Assembly (NCBI GenBank): GCA_043228905.1
Contig: JBHGNT010000001.1
Span: forward strand, 23,312,001-23,376,000
Length of the DNA stretch: 64,000 nt
Origin: Azolla caroliniana
Taxonomy: Eukaryota > Plantae > Polypodiophyta
Direction: 5' to 3'
A program made the translations under genes and the position numbers. Shown here piece after piece: positions 1 to 15,165 of the stretch. The notes under the pieces were generated by a model, which did no database searches, had not been told where the DNA came from, and worked only from the letters and a program-made list of their open reading frames with translations. Numbering within the stretch: position 1 is the first letter of the stretch; each line of letters starts with the position of its first letter.

Positions 1-1763
1 GTCTAAACATGATGCCCATAATCCTTGAGAGAGATAAATGGCTTTGCTCAACGGTGTGAGCAAATGTTGTGCTTGCTCACTCTAAGAGGGTGGCTACAAG
101 AACCATTCCTTGAAAATGTCAACAAAACCTTCCCAAATTGTGGGTATGTTCTTCGCAATCCTTGGGCAATGCCCTAACCTACAATCAAGATGGAGCTCAA
201 ATTGAGATTCCCAACGACCAAAGCAAGTGTTAATGGTCTCCCCAATTCTTTCTTTCTTATCTCCCTTGAAAGGTGTGACTATGAAAGAATGTTCACCGTC
301 TTTTATTGTCATGTCCTTTTGGCCATTGTTAAACAACCTTGCTCTCATTCTCAATGAAAGCACACTATTATATTAATTGAATGTAGAACCAATGTTGGTT
401 AGTCTTCTCTACCTATGTAGATATAGGGGAATCTTATAAAGCCATTAAAAGACCTAAATATGCATTTGAGGAAATGATCCCCACATGCCCCAACATCCAA
501 AAACTCCACATAAGAATGCCTTTGAAAGTTTTAACTTAGGCGTTCACCCCGTGAACATGAAAGAATTTCCCAAATTCCAAATGTATTGCAAACCCCCCCT
601 CCCCTTCTTGTCGTACATTGGAATCTAAGGTTTTGTTGATCACATTACTTACTATGGTACATCAAGTTTTGTGATCATGTCATTAATATGCCAAACTGGG
701 GTTTAAACTTTAGGGCTTTGTGATCACACAATATATGTTGGTATATTTGGAATGTGAGTTTGTAATCACATTATTTAGTGTGGTGAATTTTATTAAGGCT
801 TGCAAATGTATTGGATTGGGTTTTTGTTGACATTCAATTCTATAGGAGTCCTCCAAATTCTCTAATAATGTAACAATCTACAATGTTTAATAAATGTGAA
901 TTCTATAATGATATAACAATCCATCATATTTAGTAAGAGCAAGTACTGCATGCTCACCCATTTTTATTGGCAAAGCATGGCAATTATAACTACATTAAGA
1001 CTCACTGTGAAGGTTTCCAAATAGGTGTTTCTTCAAAACCCTTGAGAATTTTATTGAACTATTCCCATTGGCTCAAAACCTATGGGTCGTACCACACACC
1101 AATATTCACAAGGAAGTCTACACATGCACAAGCTTTGAGCGCTTGAATGACCTTCAAAACATGCATAAAGATTGCCTTGATTGCTTCAAGCTCAACATGC
1201 AAAGGTAAGGGAAGATGGATGGGGGGAGACAGACCAATCAATTTCACAATTAACAAGGTGAGCACCTCGAATATGGTTGCATTGTTGCTAATACAAGCCA
1301 CCATAAATTATTTAGGCTGAAATAAAAATTCATACTATAATTTAATTATCAGGTTTACTTATAGTGATAAAACTTATTCTCTGATGTCATCCATTTGATT
1401 CTTTGCAAAACAATTCAAAATTTTATACCTAAATGCTTCAGAAACTTTATATTAAAGTCTAAATGCTTTAAAAACTTAATCATTTCACATGGTTAGAGAA
1501 ATTTATGATGTTGATATTGATTGCTTTGTCTAACACAAATTAATTTTGAATTGTAACTACAATTTTGTTATGCAAGAGTATAGAGCGAGAATGTTTGCCA
1601 GCCACATGATCTTTATCTCAATCCAAGGCAGAGTTTAATATTATTGAGCTTCTCCTTTCTTATGAGCTTTCTCTACTTCATTATTTCACACCCTCTAATG
1701 AGTTTTTCCCTATTTCATGCAGTTTGGCCTCCGAGCATATTTAAATATTCATCATCATCTACT

Positions 1764-4700
1764 TCACCATTTCATTTTACGGGACCAATCATTGTGTGGC
1801 AAACATTGTCCGATCCTAAGACTCGATTCAAGCTTCACATTTCCAGTCATGCCATCACGAATTTGGATTTTTACACTAGGATCATTCCCCCAATTCACCT
1901 TCATAAATAAAAAACAGTTCAAAATCATTGTTAATATCAAACACTGGTTAATTATTGCTTTTTATGTAGTTTCTAATAGACCATAGGAAATTTGGCTTAT
2001 ATGTATATACCTCAATCATACCAAATGCTGGTGCTCGAACAAAATCACATTCCGGATGGTCACGCAACTGCAAAGGATCTTGTTTCACCACTAGAAAAAA
2101 CACAAGAACATTCAAACATTTTTGACAGTGTCATCACAAGACAAAAAATGGAAAGGGAGAAAATGAAACATGGGAAGAAAACGAAATCAAGTCATTTTAA
2201 TGGTACCAGTAGGGCTAAAGAGACATGTAGCATATATCATTTTATTAGTATCATTAGCCAATTGTTGCAAAAGAAGACTAAAAAATACAAACAAAAAATA
2301 TGAAAGTTGTCTTTTATTTGTATCAATAGGGTTATAACATATAGCATAAATATCTTCTGCATGTTGTATAAATTTTGGATGCAAGAAGTCATAGAGCCAA
2401 GAATTCTTGCCATCACAGCTAAAATTCCTTTCTGCTGTCGCTGTCAACCCACTTGCCATAACTTGATACAGAGGATATGAGAGTTCAATACCTCCATAGT
2501 GCTTTTTAATGTAATTTGCACCCGGAATTAGAACCTATCAAAATGCAAAAGGAAGTTATAATTACTAATGCACTTGCGGGTGGGTTTTCCTCACCTAAAA
2601 ATAGAGTGTGGATAGGAATAGATATCTATGTTGAAGTACATGAAAAACTATATGAATAACCCATCTATGAAAAACTGTATGATATACTCATATTTATATT
2701 CATCATACTTTGATATCTGAATATTCAAGACCGCCCGTCAGAAGGATAACGCAACCAGATGCTCGTGAAATCACATTTAGAAATTGCAATTGGGCAGGTT
2801 TATAGCATTCCCAATCATCATCAGAACAAGGGCATTCAACTCCACTGAGATCTTCACATACCTGCTTATAGACTAACTTACATGAATACATACCAAATCC
2901 CCAACATTTTCGATACTTGTCCATAAATCAACTATGTGCATGAGTCTTGTCTTAAACATGGTCACATTACCTTTTTGGCAGGATTTCCAATCACCACCGA
3001 GCTTGAGACAACTAGTTTAAGAGGAGAATTAGATTGCATAATGGTTTTTTCAAGCCACCTCCTTTGCTCTTGACCTAAAATCTGAATTCCAAAGAAAGAA
3101 GCACAAACCATTTGTTGTCCATAGAAATGTGCAAGATGAAGAATGAATGCAAAAGGATGAAAAACCACTCACCTCACAAAAAGATGAGTTACGAGCCAAC
3201 ATAACATCTCCAATATTGCGTGATGAAGTAGAACTTCCAAATTCTGGAGAATTAGGATCACATACACTACTCCACATATTATGATCCTTGTTTCTAGGTT
3301 CAAGACACCATCCTAATAACAATTACAAACATATCAATATAACACACAAGAAAAAGAATTGTTGCTTGCTTTATGATAGCAATGATGGATCAGCCTTACA
3401 GAGTTTTTGAGAATCTATGATGCATTAGGCAGTACTCAGCCAGTAAATTCTTATGTTTTCACATTATGCGTGCATGTGTTATGAACTACAAGATACATGA
3501 TTCGTGTGCAATAAACTACATTGCTTCATGTCTCCATGAACAAGCACATTAACAAAGGATTGGCGATCAATTTGATGCTCATATATACATTATGAACACC
3601 CAAAGATCCTGATCAGACATTATTAGTTTGGTCTTTGGTTATGCCATGATGAAATGCATTTGAAACAAATAAAAAACAAACATTATTAGTTTGGTCTGTA
3701 TCTGCTCACTTACAAGCACATGAGACATAACTGTCTTTGTAACAGGCCTCTGCATAATATACATCGTTTCTGATTCCATTCTATATAACATGGTGCCAAA
3801 GCTTCAAGTTTCGGTATATTGATGTTTGACAACGCCATGTAGAAAGAATCAGTTTCAGAAGCAGCAGTGATCAAACGAATTTGTGGATGTCCGTCAGTGA
3901 ATCGGACGATGTCAACGAGTAGAACTGTAAATGGGGCTCCTGGCTGTGCGAAGCCACGTCCACAAGGGATATTCAATGGAAAATTAGACAGGTTGACCTA
4001 ACGCAGTGGAAGTTCAAGATAATCACCATTTAATTAGGTTAACAACATCAGACGCCCATTCTGGAATAACATCCACTGTAGATAAGGTCACGTCAGGTTC
4101 CTTATCATCTACACCAGTAGGATCTTCTCTGCTACTTATCCTTGAGAAATGGTCAGGTAGGATAGGAAATGGTCAGTTAGGACGTGATCTTTACTTTAGT
4201 GCACGATGACCTTGGAAGGTGACAATTCATCTAGAGATCCATCCATTGAAACATGTCTTGATGACCAAATAAAGGAGGACTTTGTGTTCTACATAAAAAA
4301 GGAAGTGGACAACTCACAAGCCAGGAGGTCATGTTCAAACTTCTTGACACTGTATATCATGGTGAGCGCCTCCCTTCCAGTGATGGAATAATTGCACTCA
4401 GCTAAGTTATGCTGGTGACCCTCCAGTTGTGCGAAGACTGTGCCAATTGAGATAGTGAGTATCTGTGTGGGTATAGGAAGTCCCCGCTACGATTAGATGA
4501 GTGGACGATGGGTACTCAAGCACGATGCTCTTTGAGTGACTCAAACGACTTCATGCCGTCATCCTGTCATCCATCCACTTTAACTTTTTGAGTGGTTCAT
4601 AGAAGGGCCTCAATTTCTCAACAAGCATTTTGACAAACCATCTGTGGTAGCCTGCATATAACCCATGAACCCTTGTAGTTGCTAGTCATTAGTTGGACAG

Positions 4701-7700
4701 GGTATAGTTAGAATCAAACTAACCTTAGTTTCATCAGTAAAGATACCATCTTTGGAAACTAAATGCATAGTATCCACTCATGCTTAACCCGGAAATATTA
4801 AGGAGAACTGATATTCCTGACTCTTTTATGAATATTTCTTGCAGCAAGGAGAGGTGTTCTGCCCACGCAGGATTGCAACACAAGCCATACACATCTGATT
4901 CAACACCATTCCTCAATCATGATGCAATTATATGATCTGCTCCTTTCTATATGTGCTTTAAAGCACTGGTAAGTCTGAAAGGCATTTGCATGTAGAATAA
5001 TGTGCCTAATTTAGCAGCAAAGGCCATTTTGTGCTAGTTGTCTGGCATCGCCATGATTTCATTGTACCCAAAGAAACCATCAATAGAAGTATGGGCAGCT
5101 GAACCATCTCTAAGCTGCCCCATTTCATCCAGTCGTCGTAGGTAATGATGCTTACTCCTGCACCTGTGTAGAGTATGGCAGGCACAGTTATGTAGTTAAC
5201 CGTAAGTGGGAGCTTGAAACTAGTGTCATCTGCCTCAAAGAGCGCTACTTCTAGGGTGTGCACTTGGTCAGGAGTGTCAAAAAATTCTTCATTAGTATGG
5301 ATAGCAGTGGCAACAGGTATACTGTACCCAATATGTAACTCCGTTTAAACTCTCTGCAAGAGATCATACCAAGATCTTGGGTCTAGCTTAAGTATCTCTT
5401 CGATACTAATTTTGATGTGTTCATCTAGTGTAGATAGTCTGGCTATCGTGTATGCTTCTTGAAGGGACAACTTGACATTTGTGGTCAACAGTTGCTGGAG
5501 GGACACATTGACTTCGATATTGACGAGAGTTGGTGTTGCAGGTTGTCATACCTGGAGAGTTATGATCATGGAGGCATGGCATAGGTTGCTGTGACAGGTT
5601 GGCACTAGGCTTGAGAGGGGGCCACTCGGATAGTCTGTTACAACCTACGGTTCCATCCTCACTAGGTTGTTGTGCTCCTTGTTCTCTGCATAAAAGGTTG
5701 TCGTATTCTATGACCTTTGATGCAAGATTCTGAAAGTTGGATGATGCAGAAGTCTGCTATATAAAAACTGAAGAAGATCCCAAATTGACCAGTATAAAAC
5801 AGTTGGTACAAGTGAAGCGCTCAAGGGGGAGTGTGAGTGTGAAAATGCACCAACAACCCCTCCACCCATGTGTGAATAATAGGAAGGGTACACATTCATT
5901 ATAGTAGGTGGGGAAATCGTTTAAGCTAACCACCTGCTATATCCTTAGAACATATTCTAAAGTTAAGCCATCTACTGCATCCTCTAAGTAGTATCTATAT
6001 TTGCTCACCTATGAGCATATGAAGCATAGCTCTCTTTGTAGCAAAACCCTATTGTAGCCACTCTTAAGCATTCTACATAATATACATTGTTTTTTTTTCA
6101 TTCTTCGTTGTTTTCTTGTCAAGAATTTGTCTATGCAATCATCACATATATCCTCAATATAACAATTTGTATGATTCCTAGATCAAATCCCATTGTTGAC
6201 TTAATTGAAATAAAGAACCAAGGAAACAGACCATAAAATATTTCTTCGTCCTTTTCACAGCATGACCCATTATTGAACTGCCCACCATGAAGAAAGTCTG
6301 TGCACCTACTAAACATAAAAAACAAATGTGAAGCCTCGGTTCTTTTACAACATTCTTCAGAAGGTCTAAAGTTGCGATATCCTATATTAATATACTTGAT
6401 TGTTGGAATTCATTGGTCTGCTCACTTTTTTAATTATGTAACAAATTATATTCTTTGGAGGTCTTTTAATGGCATTTCAAACCTTACTCGTGTGGTTAAA
6501 CCATAGGAAGCTTCCCTTGACCATACTAAAATACTTACGAGGTCAACATATGGAAATAGCTTAGCAAGATTCGCGCATTGTTCATATGTCTTAGCCCATA
6601 GTAGGCTTTCCTTGACCTTACCAAAACCTAGATATCTAAGAAACAGAAACTTAGATATGTTAGCAGGTTTTTTCAAGCAGGAATTTCATGTCCTTGGTTC
6701 ATCCATCCTTAAAGATATTGGGTACCAACGGTTCACCTTTGGTCAAGTATAAGAAGCTGAGGTCATTGTTCAAAACACTCAATATTATTGAACAGCATTA
6801 TGCAAGAAAAACACTATATTTGCCCTATTAATCACCATGTACGAGGATTGTAAAGTGACAGGATTTCATATTATATTGAATGTTCAGACTATCACCTAAA
6901 TTCTAATACAAGCATATCATAAGGATGAATACCTCTAGATGATTGAAGTAGACCTTAAGTTTCAAACTGCTCATCAAATGAAAAAAATTGGAGTGTGGCC
7001 ATTACAAAAAAAAACCTAATTTCGTAAAAGATAATGCAATGTCACTAGAAAATAAGAGTTACTAGTCTGAAAATTAGTAATAGCACAAAGAGACTCAAAA
7101 TAATAGTTCATTCCTAAATAACCTATTCCACTTTTCCATGTGTCCAAGCATCCTACCCTGAAAACCACACAAAAAATCCTTGGAAAAATGAAAAAGAGCT
7201 TCAGAAATACACATTACCAAGCATGCTTTGCGTGATCCATTCCAACCACAGCCACCTTTTCACAAAAAGCTTTCCTCATATGGCAAGGAAGTGAATCACG
7301 ATAGTAACGCTCATCCAACAAGTAGATGTCAATTGTTTGGTTTGGTAGTCCATTATCCATTGTGTACTGCACTCACCAAAGATCACAAGCCCCATTAAAG
7401 ATGCCGTAAATAAATATCAATTTCCTCATCCAGAGTCTAAAGATGGCAATGTTTGTGCATCAAAAAATAAGCACTATGATAAATAGTGAAAACAGCCTCC
7501 GTACTGATATTTTTTATCAATCATAAAAACAACTACATATGTCAGTTGCAAGTTATTCTACAACAAATACGTCATAAGCATGTGGATGTCACACGATATT
7601 GGTATTGTTTTCTTGACAAATCACGCAATACAATCACATGCTTTCAGGAACATTTATGTTATACCTTCCATTGAATGCCACGCCCTGGATCCCTCCGTGG

Positions 7701-10700
7701 ACTACTACTAGGTTCGCCCATTGCATCCAAAAAAATCTGCTTCATCTGGTCTTTTTGAGGCAGGCGCTTATTCCCATATCCCCTATAGCACAATGTGAGA
7801 GCATTAGAACTTAAAGAAAGCTATTTCTCACATTCTATCATCTCTCGATGTCAGAACTAGACCTTTTAGTCTCCTAATCTTGCAGACAGCAAGAGATACG
7901 GAGTTGCATTATTGGAAGCCCCATGTTTATCAAGGTTATTGGAGTTTGCGCATCTTTATTAAAACTTTCAATAAGAGAATTACAGAGCTTAATTCAAGAG
8001 GGCCCCACCATAAGGATGCTCTTAAGATATGCTTCCCACCACAGCGACAGCGGACAATTTTGGATAACTTCAGGAGCTATATAAGGTTGACCATTGGAGA
8101 CTTGAGGTAATATAAAGAAGCCACCGACATGGCATCAGGGATTGAGAAATATTTCCACATTTCAGGATAGGATCCCAAGAAGCTAGCTTATGAAAAAGTT
8201 TAGCCACATTCTAGGATCACTACACAAGCTGCCAGAGTTTTATGTAGAAAAGTGGCAAGGAGTAGACATTGCAGGTGGTTCCCTCTTTACCAGGTTTGAT
8301 AACTCCCCCATCATGTATCACTTTTTCAATAATAAAGTACCATTACAAAATGTACTGTTTTCGTATATGGTAATCCTTCTATTTTCTATTAACAATTTCA
8401 GTGACGTTCTGGATGAAAACAAAACACTAGAGGGAATTATAGATTGTAGAGTACCAGCCATAATCATGACCACCATATGTGCCAAGGATTTGTCTTGGAC
8501 AAATAGAAAGATCTGAACCTGTCGGTGGATGCAGTCCCTTAACACGATGTCCCGGGCACATGAAAGATAGAAACTGCATTAATAAACAAAGTTGAACATC
8601 AAAGAGAAATCTTATAGCAGTATAACTCTCAGCATAATATCAAACAACAATTTTAAACAGAATTCATCACCATACACGTTGCAATTTTGTGTATCAATTG
8701 ATATTTTTTAACAACTTTTCTACTAGCTCTATTTATTTATTTGTGATTCTCAGGACTCGGCCATATTAATCATTGGCAAGAGAACACTGCAACGTATTTT
8801 TCCTGATTTTTCATTCTTATCCCTTAATTGTGCATATTCTATTCTAATTTGATTGAGATCAATGAATCCTATTTGTGCGGTTGGGAGATGCTTTCTCCAC
8901 ATATATAAAGAGACAAGTCTGAGAGAATTCATGCTTTATAGAGACAATATATCTTTTCTTGCCTTTAGTATCTTCCTGGAACTTGTCCCAAGTTTCATGA
9001 AAATAGTTCATTGCTTAAGTCAGTTCTATTGCACCTTTGTCTGGAACTCAACAAGGGACATGGACCTTCTATAGAACGAAGGGTTTCAGGCTGGTAGATA
9101 AATGGGGTGGACTACTCTTATGGCTACGGAAAATTGTAATGGAAAGCATTGGCTCATTTCATTCCAATGGAAGTACGCGATATTTATCCATGTCAATATT
9201 AATTTGATGCATTGCAGGAGGTTAACAAAATTCATACGGTACGTCAATTTCTTATTGGGTATGCTCTGAATCATGGCACATGTTGATGTATCAATTATGC
9301 TTGTTCAAATTTTTGAGTAAAAGGTTTGGAAAACAGGTCTACATATTCTGGACAATTCCGAACTCGATGAATACCAAAGAATGAATATAAAAACTTGATT
9401 AAACACAGTAAGAATAATCAGTTGTATGAGTTACTCTACAATCCCACCCACTTGAGCATAGTCTGGGTTTGAAAGTTGCACCTCAACGCGACTTGAAGCA
9501 AATGCTACATTTCCTGCATAAATTACAAACATTTATATTGTTGGAGCTCTTATGCTCTATAATCCATGTGTATAGAAAAAGTATACCATGGCAGCTGACA
9601 AGAGGAAATCAGGGAGAGAAACACCACCAGCCATGCATGAAACGTTTGCTTGATGCAGCCATGTATCGGTGCAGTTGCATTGTTCATGCCATGCCATGGC
9701 ATCACAATTGATCCATGGTTTATCCATGTACGCCATGTCACCTGTCCTGCTCAAATGAAGTATTAACGAGAAAAATTCACATTCGGGATCAATCTAAATG
9801 CAAAAGTTAAAATTCTGAAAGCTTTATAAAATATGACACTGTCATTGCTACAGCATTTATAAGCATGATTACATGAATGGTCTATCTTCGCACAAAAGTG
9901 CTCTTCTAGAATTATCATTCCTGGACCTAATCACTGAATAAAATTCCTTGTCCATATGTATAGTCTTGAGAGAAAAAAGAAACACTCAACTTTCTATATG
10001 CATATAAGTGGCAGAAGATCATATCATGTACTATGGAAATACCAATAATTAGTCGGTTGGAGGTTGAATCATGGATAAGAAATCTATTCATAGAATGTGT
10101 TTTCCTGTTTGATTATACATCCTCTGTTAATATTTGTGCATTACTACTTTTATACAGCTGCAAGTTGAAACCAGAAAAAGAAACAAAATTCCATTCTATC
10201 ACATTCTCTATTCTGTCTATGTATTGACCAACAAGAAGAGTTCATCAGAAAAGCCTTAGGAGAACACGAGGAAAAATCGGCCATTGGACTTTGCATAGTA
10301 CTGCTTCTGACTTATCCCAACGTTGTACTTTTGGCTGAGATCAAATATGATGTACTTTTGGCATATCCTCAACTGATACTGCAAAAGTTTTTAGATATGA
10401 TGTATTTTTTATCAGCGTAGATAAGACTAAAGTCCGCAGGTAGTAATGTATACGAGGACAATGCAATTGAAGTGGTTCACATATCGGAATGCCTCAGAAT
10501 TAACATACCTTTGCTTCCGTCGCTTCGGAGATGGATATTATTAGAGCAATAGTGTTTCATGCATTGATGCCCAAGCTCTACTTTATGGAATTGAAGTTTG
10601 GGGAGGCAGTACTTTCGCAACCTCGTGGAATGAAATAGAAAATACAAAAGAAATTCCTATGCCTTCCATTAAAGGTTAAGAGAACAACCCTACATGCCAT

Positions 10701-13700
10701 AATGCTTCTAGAATATTGAAGAAGCCCAAAACTGTTTCATCCCATACTCAAAGTAAGGGCAATGCCCTGAAATCACATCCCCAAGGCCATGCAGGAAATT
10801 GGCAGCTTACCAAAGAGAAACGATCGAAACAAATTTCTTTCATTTATTTGGGTTCAAAGCATTTGAAATAGCTAGCAAGATGGAATGTTGAAGAATCCCT
10901 GGATTGGGTGCGGAGGAAAAGAAAGAAAGATATATTAACGTCTTTTAAGAGGCCAAAATGGCCTATAAGACCAAACAAGAGATCACATCTTAAGTTTTGT
11001 CTCGTCTTTGACAACAACAAATCAAAATCAAAATAAATATTACTTAGTAAATATAAAAGTAAATAAGATAAAAAGAGACAAGGGAATCTGGTTTTCGGCA
11101 CAAGTGAGATTCTCAAGTTAGATATATTGTAACTTTTGTCTACGAAAGATCTCTAGCATAGGTCAATCCAGAATTGAGAGATCTCCGAAGCGACGGAAGC
11201 ACCTACGATTACGGGAGATAATGGCCTTTATCTGTCGATGACAAGGGTGTTGAGGTCGTCATCCATGGGGCCGGGGCCTATGTGCATGACAAATTGCTAT
11301 TTCCCGATCTATTGTAACCCCTTTGTTATGTCCTGGTCGGGAGCTCATTTGTGTATCCCTTGATTGACTTGTAGCATTAGTAAGTGTCATGGGGCTAAAG
11401 AAAGTTGTGATTGTTCTTTGTGGATGAGCTTGTGTGGTTGTATTCTTCAACAATTTTTCCCTATTTCTCTCAAGTTCTAGCAAGAAAAGTCCTAGGCACC
11501 GTTGGTCCTCATATTCCATTACCTTGCTTTCTTCTAGAGGTATTCGTGTATATTTGCCTACCTCAATCTATAACTGATGTAATAAAGTTTGCAGTTACCC
11601 TATCACACTACGCAGCACATAGGATAGATGTATGTCCATATAAGGTGGCCTGATGATGTATCCACCCTCTGATATGTGTACAAAGTGTGTCTTATAGTGG
11701 ACCATCTTCATACCAAGTGATGTTTTGGGTTGATCCATGTTATCTTGTTTTCCAAGTTAATAATATCAGTTTGGGTCACTCTATTCTTTTCCACTTTGGT
11801 CATATTTAGATGGGGCGAGTCCAAGCTATATTGGAACGGGCGTAGTGCATAATGCCATGTGACTCGAACCATTGCTACATTTCAGCATACCAACAATGAA
11901 TGTCTCCATTTTCAGCCAGTTGTCTTAATGACATAAGTGCCAACCTTGGGAACCTTCGTTTAGGGAGCTCCCAAAGATGTTAGATACATGTCACTGATTG
12001 GAACAATGCCTCGGTGATTATAGGTGCTGCTCCCATTTCTGCCCGGATTATATTATGGGGCACCGATGCTTTACTCCTTATCATGCGGGCAATCTTTGAC
12101 ACTAAAGATCTCTCTAAATCTTTCCAATGATTTGACTTGTTAAGACTCAGTCCCCATGTTTCTACTCCATAGAGAAGAGTTGATGTGACAAGTGTATCAA
12201 ATAACCACAGCTTAGTCGGTGGCTCTTAGAACTGCAAATGTGCACATTGTCTCTCGAGAGCACCAAGGGTTGCATATCCACGAGAAAGTCGGGCACAAGC
12301 ACCCTCCCATAAGGAGAACCTAGGCCCTGTAAATGTTACTTCTAGGTATGTGTAGGTGCGTGTGTATTCCCCCTTTTCCTCTCCCAAGAAGAATTCCGGT
12401 TCTGATCTTGTTACCCATGCTTCAGTGTTGTTAAACATCATCACTTTAGTTTTATCCATGTTTATTGACAAACCTTTGTCCGTACAAAATAGTTTTAAGG
12501 CATTTAGATGTCTTTGTCATCCCTCCGGAGAGTCAGAAATCAGCACAATATCATCAGCATATAGTAATATTTGTATAGCTTTACCTGCTAGGCATGTCCC
12601 GAACCCCTGAATCTTTCTATGTAATGTGATACCTCATCTATATAGAGACCGAAGAGAGTGGGTGATAGTGGGCATCCTTACTTCACTTCGATTGTGCTAG
12701 CCACCGCCTCTAACAAACCCTTGGAAGACCGCACTTTTCTTAACACAAATTCATAGAGTGCATAGATTCCCCATTGCATATCTGTAGGAACACCAAGGGC
12801 TTCTAACCGTTGCATAAGCCGAGCATGTGGCACAATGTCAAAGGCTTTTCGGAAGTCCACAAAGCAGCAATAAATCCTCTTATTATCGACTCTGCCCTCC
12901 TTAATAAGGGCTCGGAGGGTCAATATGTGATCCAAAGTCGTGAACCCCTTCCGAAAGCCTGCCTGTCCAGCTGAACGGTGGCCATTCCGCTCTGCCCATA
13001 TACTCAATTCTGATTCTAGAAACGAAAGGAACAAGAGAGCACAAACCCATCTTTTACTCAGCAAATTTGGAAACCCTCTAGACGAAATGGAGAACAGGCC
13101 AACATATATCTAAATTTAAGCATTATTGCAACCGTATTGAGACTTAATATTCGGAAAATTACAAGGGCATCTGACCGATGCCCAAGTTCACATTCCAATA
13201 CAATGTGCAAGCCAGTGAGACGTGACCTAATGCGCACACACGCGCACATATAAAAAATAGAAACAGGGATTTGACTGAATATCTAGAAGAAAAAGAGAAT
13301 ATGTGAAGCATTCCCAACAACACTAGGCGTGTTCTTTGCTTATCTACTCAGCCACGGAACCAAACTCATAGAAGATCCCTGATGGTGAAGTTTGGAAATA
13401 AGCTTACTTTTTTCTTTAATTTTCAGTTTACCACTTCAATATCCCCTGCCTACACAGATGGGGAGAGTGTTTTATAACAATTTGCAATCCCATAACCATA
13501 TTGGCCCTTGGTCACCTATGGATCTTAATATACATACAACCATCATCATATTAGAAAATATGTTGAACTAATAAAAACGTTAATGTATGTTATTCTTTAA
13601 TTCATTAATATGTTTGCAAAATGAATGATAGTGTACGACAAATATTAGGAGCATTACAAAGCATTCAAAACTAGTTTTATCAGTGCAGGCATTTAGGATG

Positions 13701-15109
13701 ATTAAGACACAGCATGCACAGGAACACACCCTAAAGAAATGTGATCCAATATGGACAGAGTGTAAGACTTCTTCACTAGGTAGGTTGACCGTATAACTAG
13801 AGGGTGAGCACTGAGGAGCTTATGTTTATAAGATGAAAATGATATGACTGAAATCTAATAGATAAAACTGTTGGATATATAATGTCTCTTCCATTTCTAC
13901 TCTCTTTCTCATTAGTTGATCATTATTCTACTCCTGTTTCTCTCAGGCTGGTTCTTAATGGTCAAATTTAACTTCAGGGTATGCATTTTTAATAAGATTA
14001 AGATGTCGTGTGCAATTGCAGCAACATGAACCATTGAAAAGTGCATTTGAAAATAGTAGTAAGGACATTTACCAGATCCATACATCTGGGTTGCTTGGCA
14101 TTATGCCTTGTACCCAAATTGGCTGTGGCCGATAGTCCACAGATGTACCCGAGCCAAAAGCAATTCTGGTGGTTCGTTTTAGCGGTTTATCTTCGTCGGT
14201 CCCTCTTGCCCTTTCCAACACAGCTACGCTTACTAGTGATGCAATCACAGAAAGTAGCCCCATGATTCCCACAATTCTTAGACATGTTTGTCTGCCGGCA
14301 ACCTTTTCCAAACAAACCCACAAAATAGATACACAGCGATGAAATTATTCATATGGCATAATCCAAATACATAGGCTTTAGAAAGATAAATTTACCCACA
14401 AAGCATAACATAATCCAAAAATGTATAGTTTACATGAGTATATCACTCAGTTCTTGAGAATCACTTGATAGTTCCTCGTTTATCTAAAGTACCCTTGCTT
14501 TTAATCAAATGTAAACAATGGTTACCAAGACATATTAATGAATTACTTAATTTAACTCACGTTTTGATTTGTTTAAGTAGTTACCAAATCATTGCTTGAT
14601 TGAATGCTCTATTCACCTGTCGCTTAATTAGTTAACTATCAATAGGTTAACTGAATAATTAGCACACTAATCACATCTAGTATGAAATGATTCCTAATTG
14701 ACTAATCGAGCCTCATTAAATTCTAAAGTTATTCTGGTAATTTTGGAAGCTGGGGGGTGGTAATACTTAACATACGCCAAAATACATAGAAATATGTAGT
14801 TACCACGAAGGTTATAACATAACCCAAAATATGAAACATAGCATAAGCCAAAATCCATAGAATTATGCAAGGCATAACATAAACTAGAATATATTGACAA
14901 AATGTGCAACATACCATAAGACAAAATACATAGAGATGTGCAATTAAACACGAAGAACCAGCCAAAACACATGGAAGTATGAATTTACATGGAAGCGAAG
15001 AATATATATAAATATAAAAAGTGCTAGGGAATATGCAATTACATGCAAAGTCTAGGACATGCACCAAAAATGGATAGAAATATGAAATTGGCTATAAATC
15101 ATGACCCAG

Positions 15110-15165
<56 letters not shown>

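Noticed and set aside
1-640. Possible L1 RT remnant (KASVNGLP..)
   Set aside because: Too decayed to support a call by eye. The same applies to intronic 7800-8400 and 8750-9380.
4705-4740. Minus-strand CTGATGA + hairpin as another hammerhead
   Set aside because: No GAAA after the stem, and it lies inside the gypsy remnant.
2724-14149. PhoD ligand losses repaired by RNA editing, or caused by sequencing error
   Set aside because: Repair would need G>A, G>U and multi-base changes in a nuclear mRNA, which is not a known plant editing type. Errors hitting only ligand codons in four exons are implausible.
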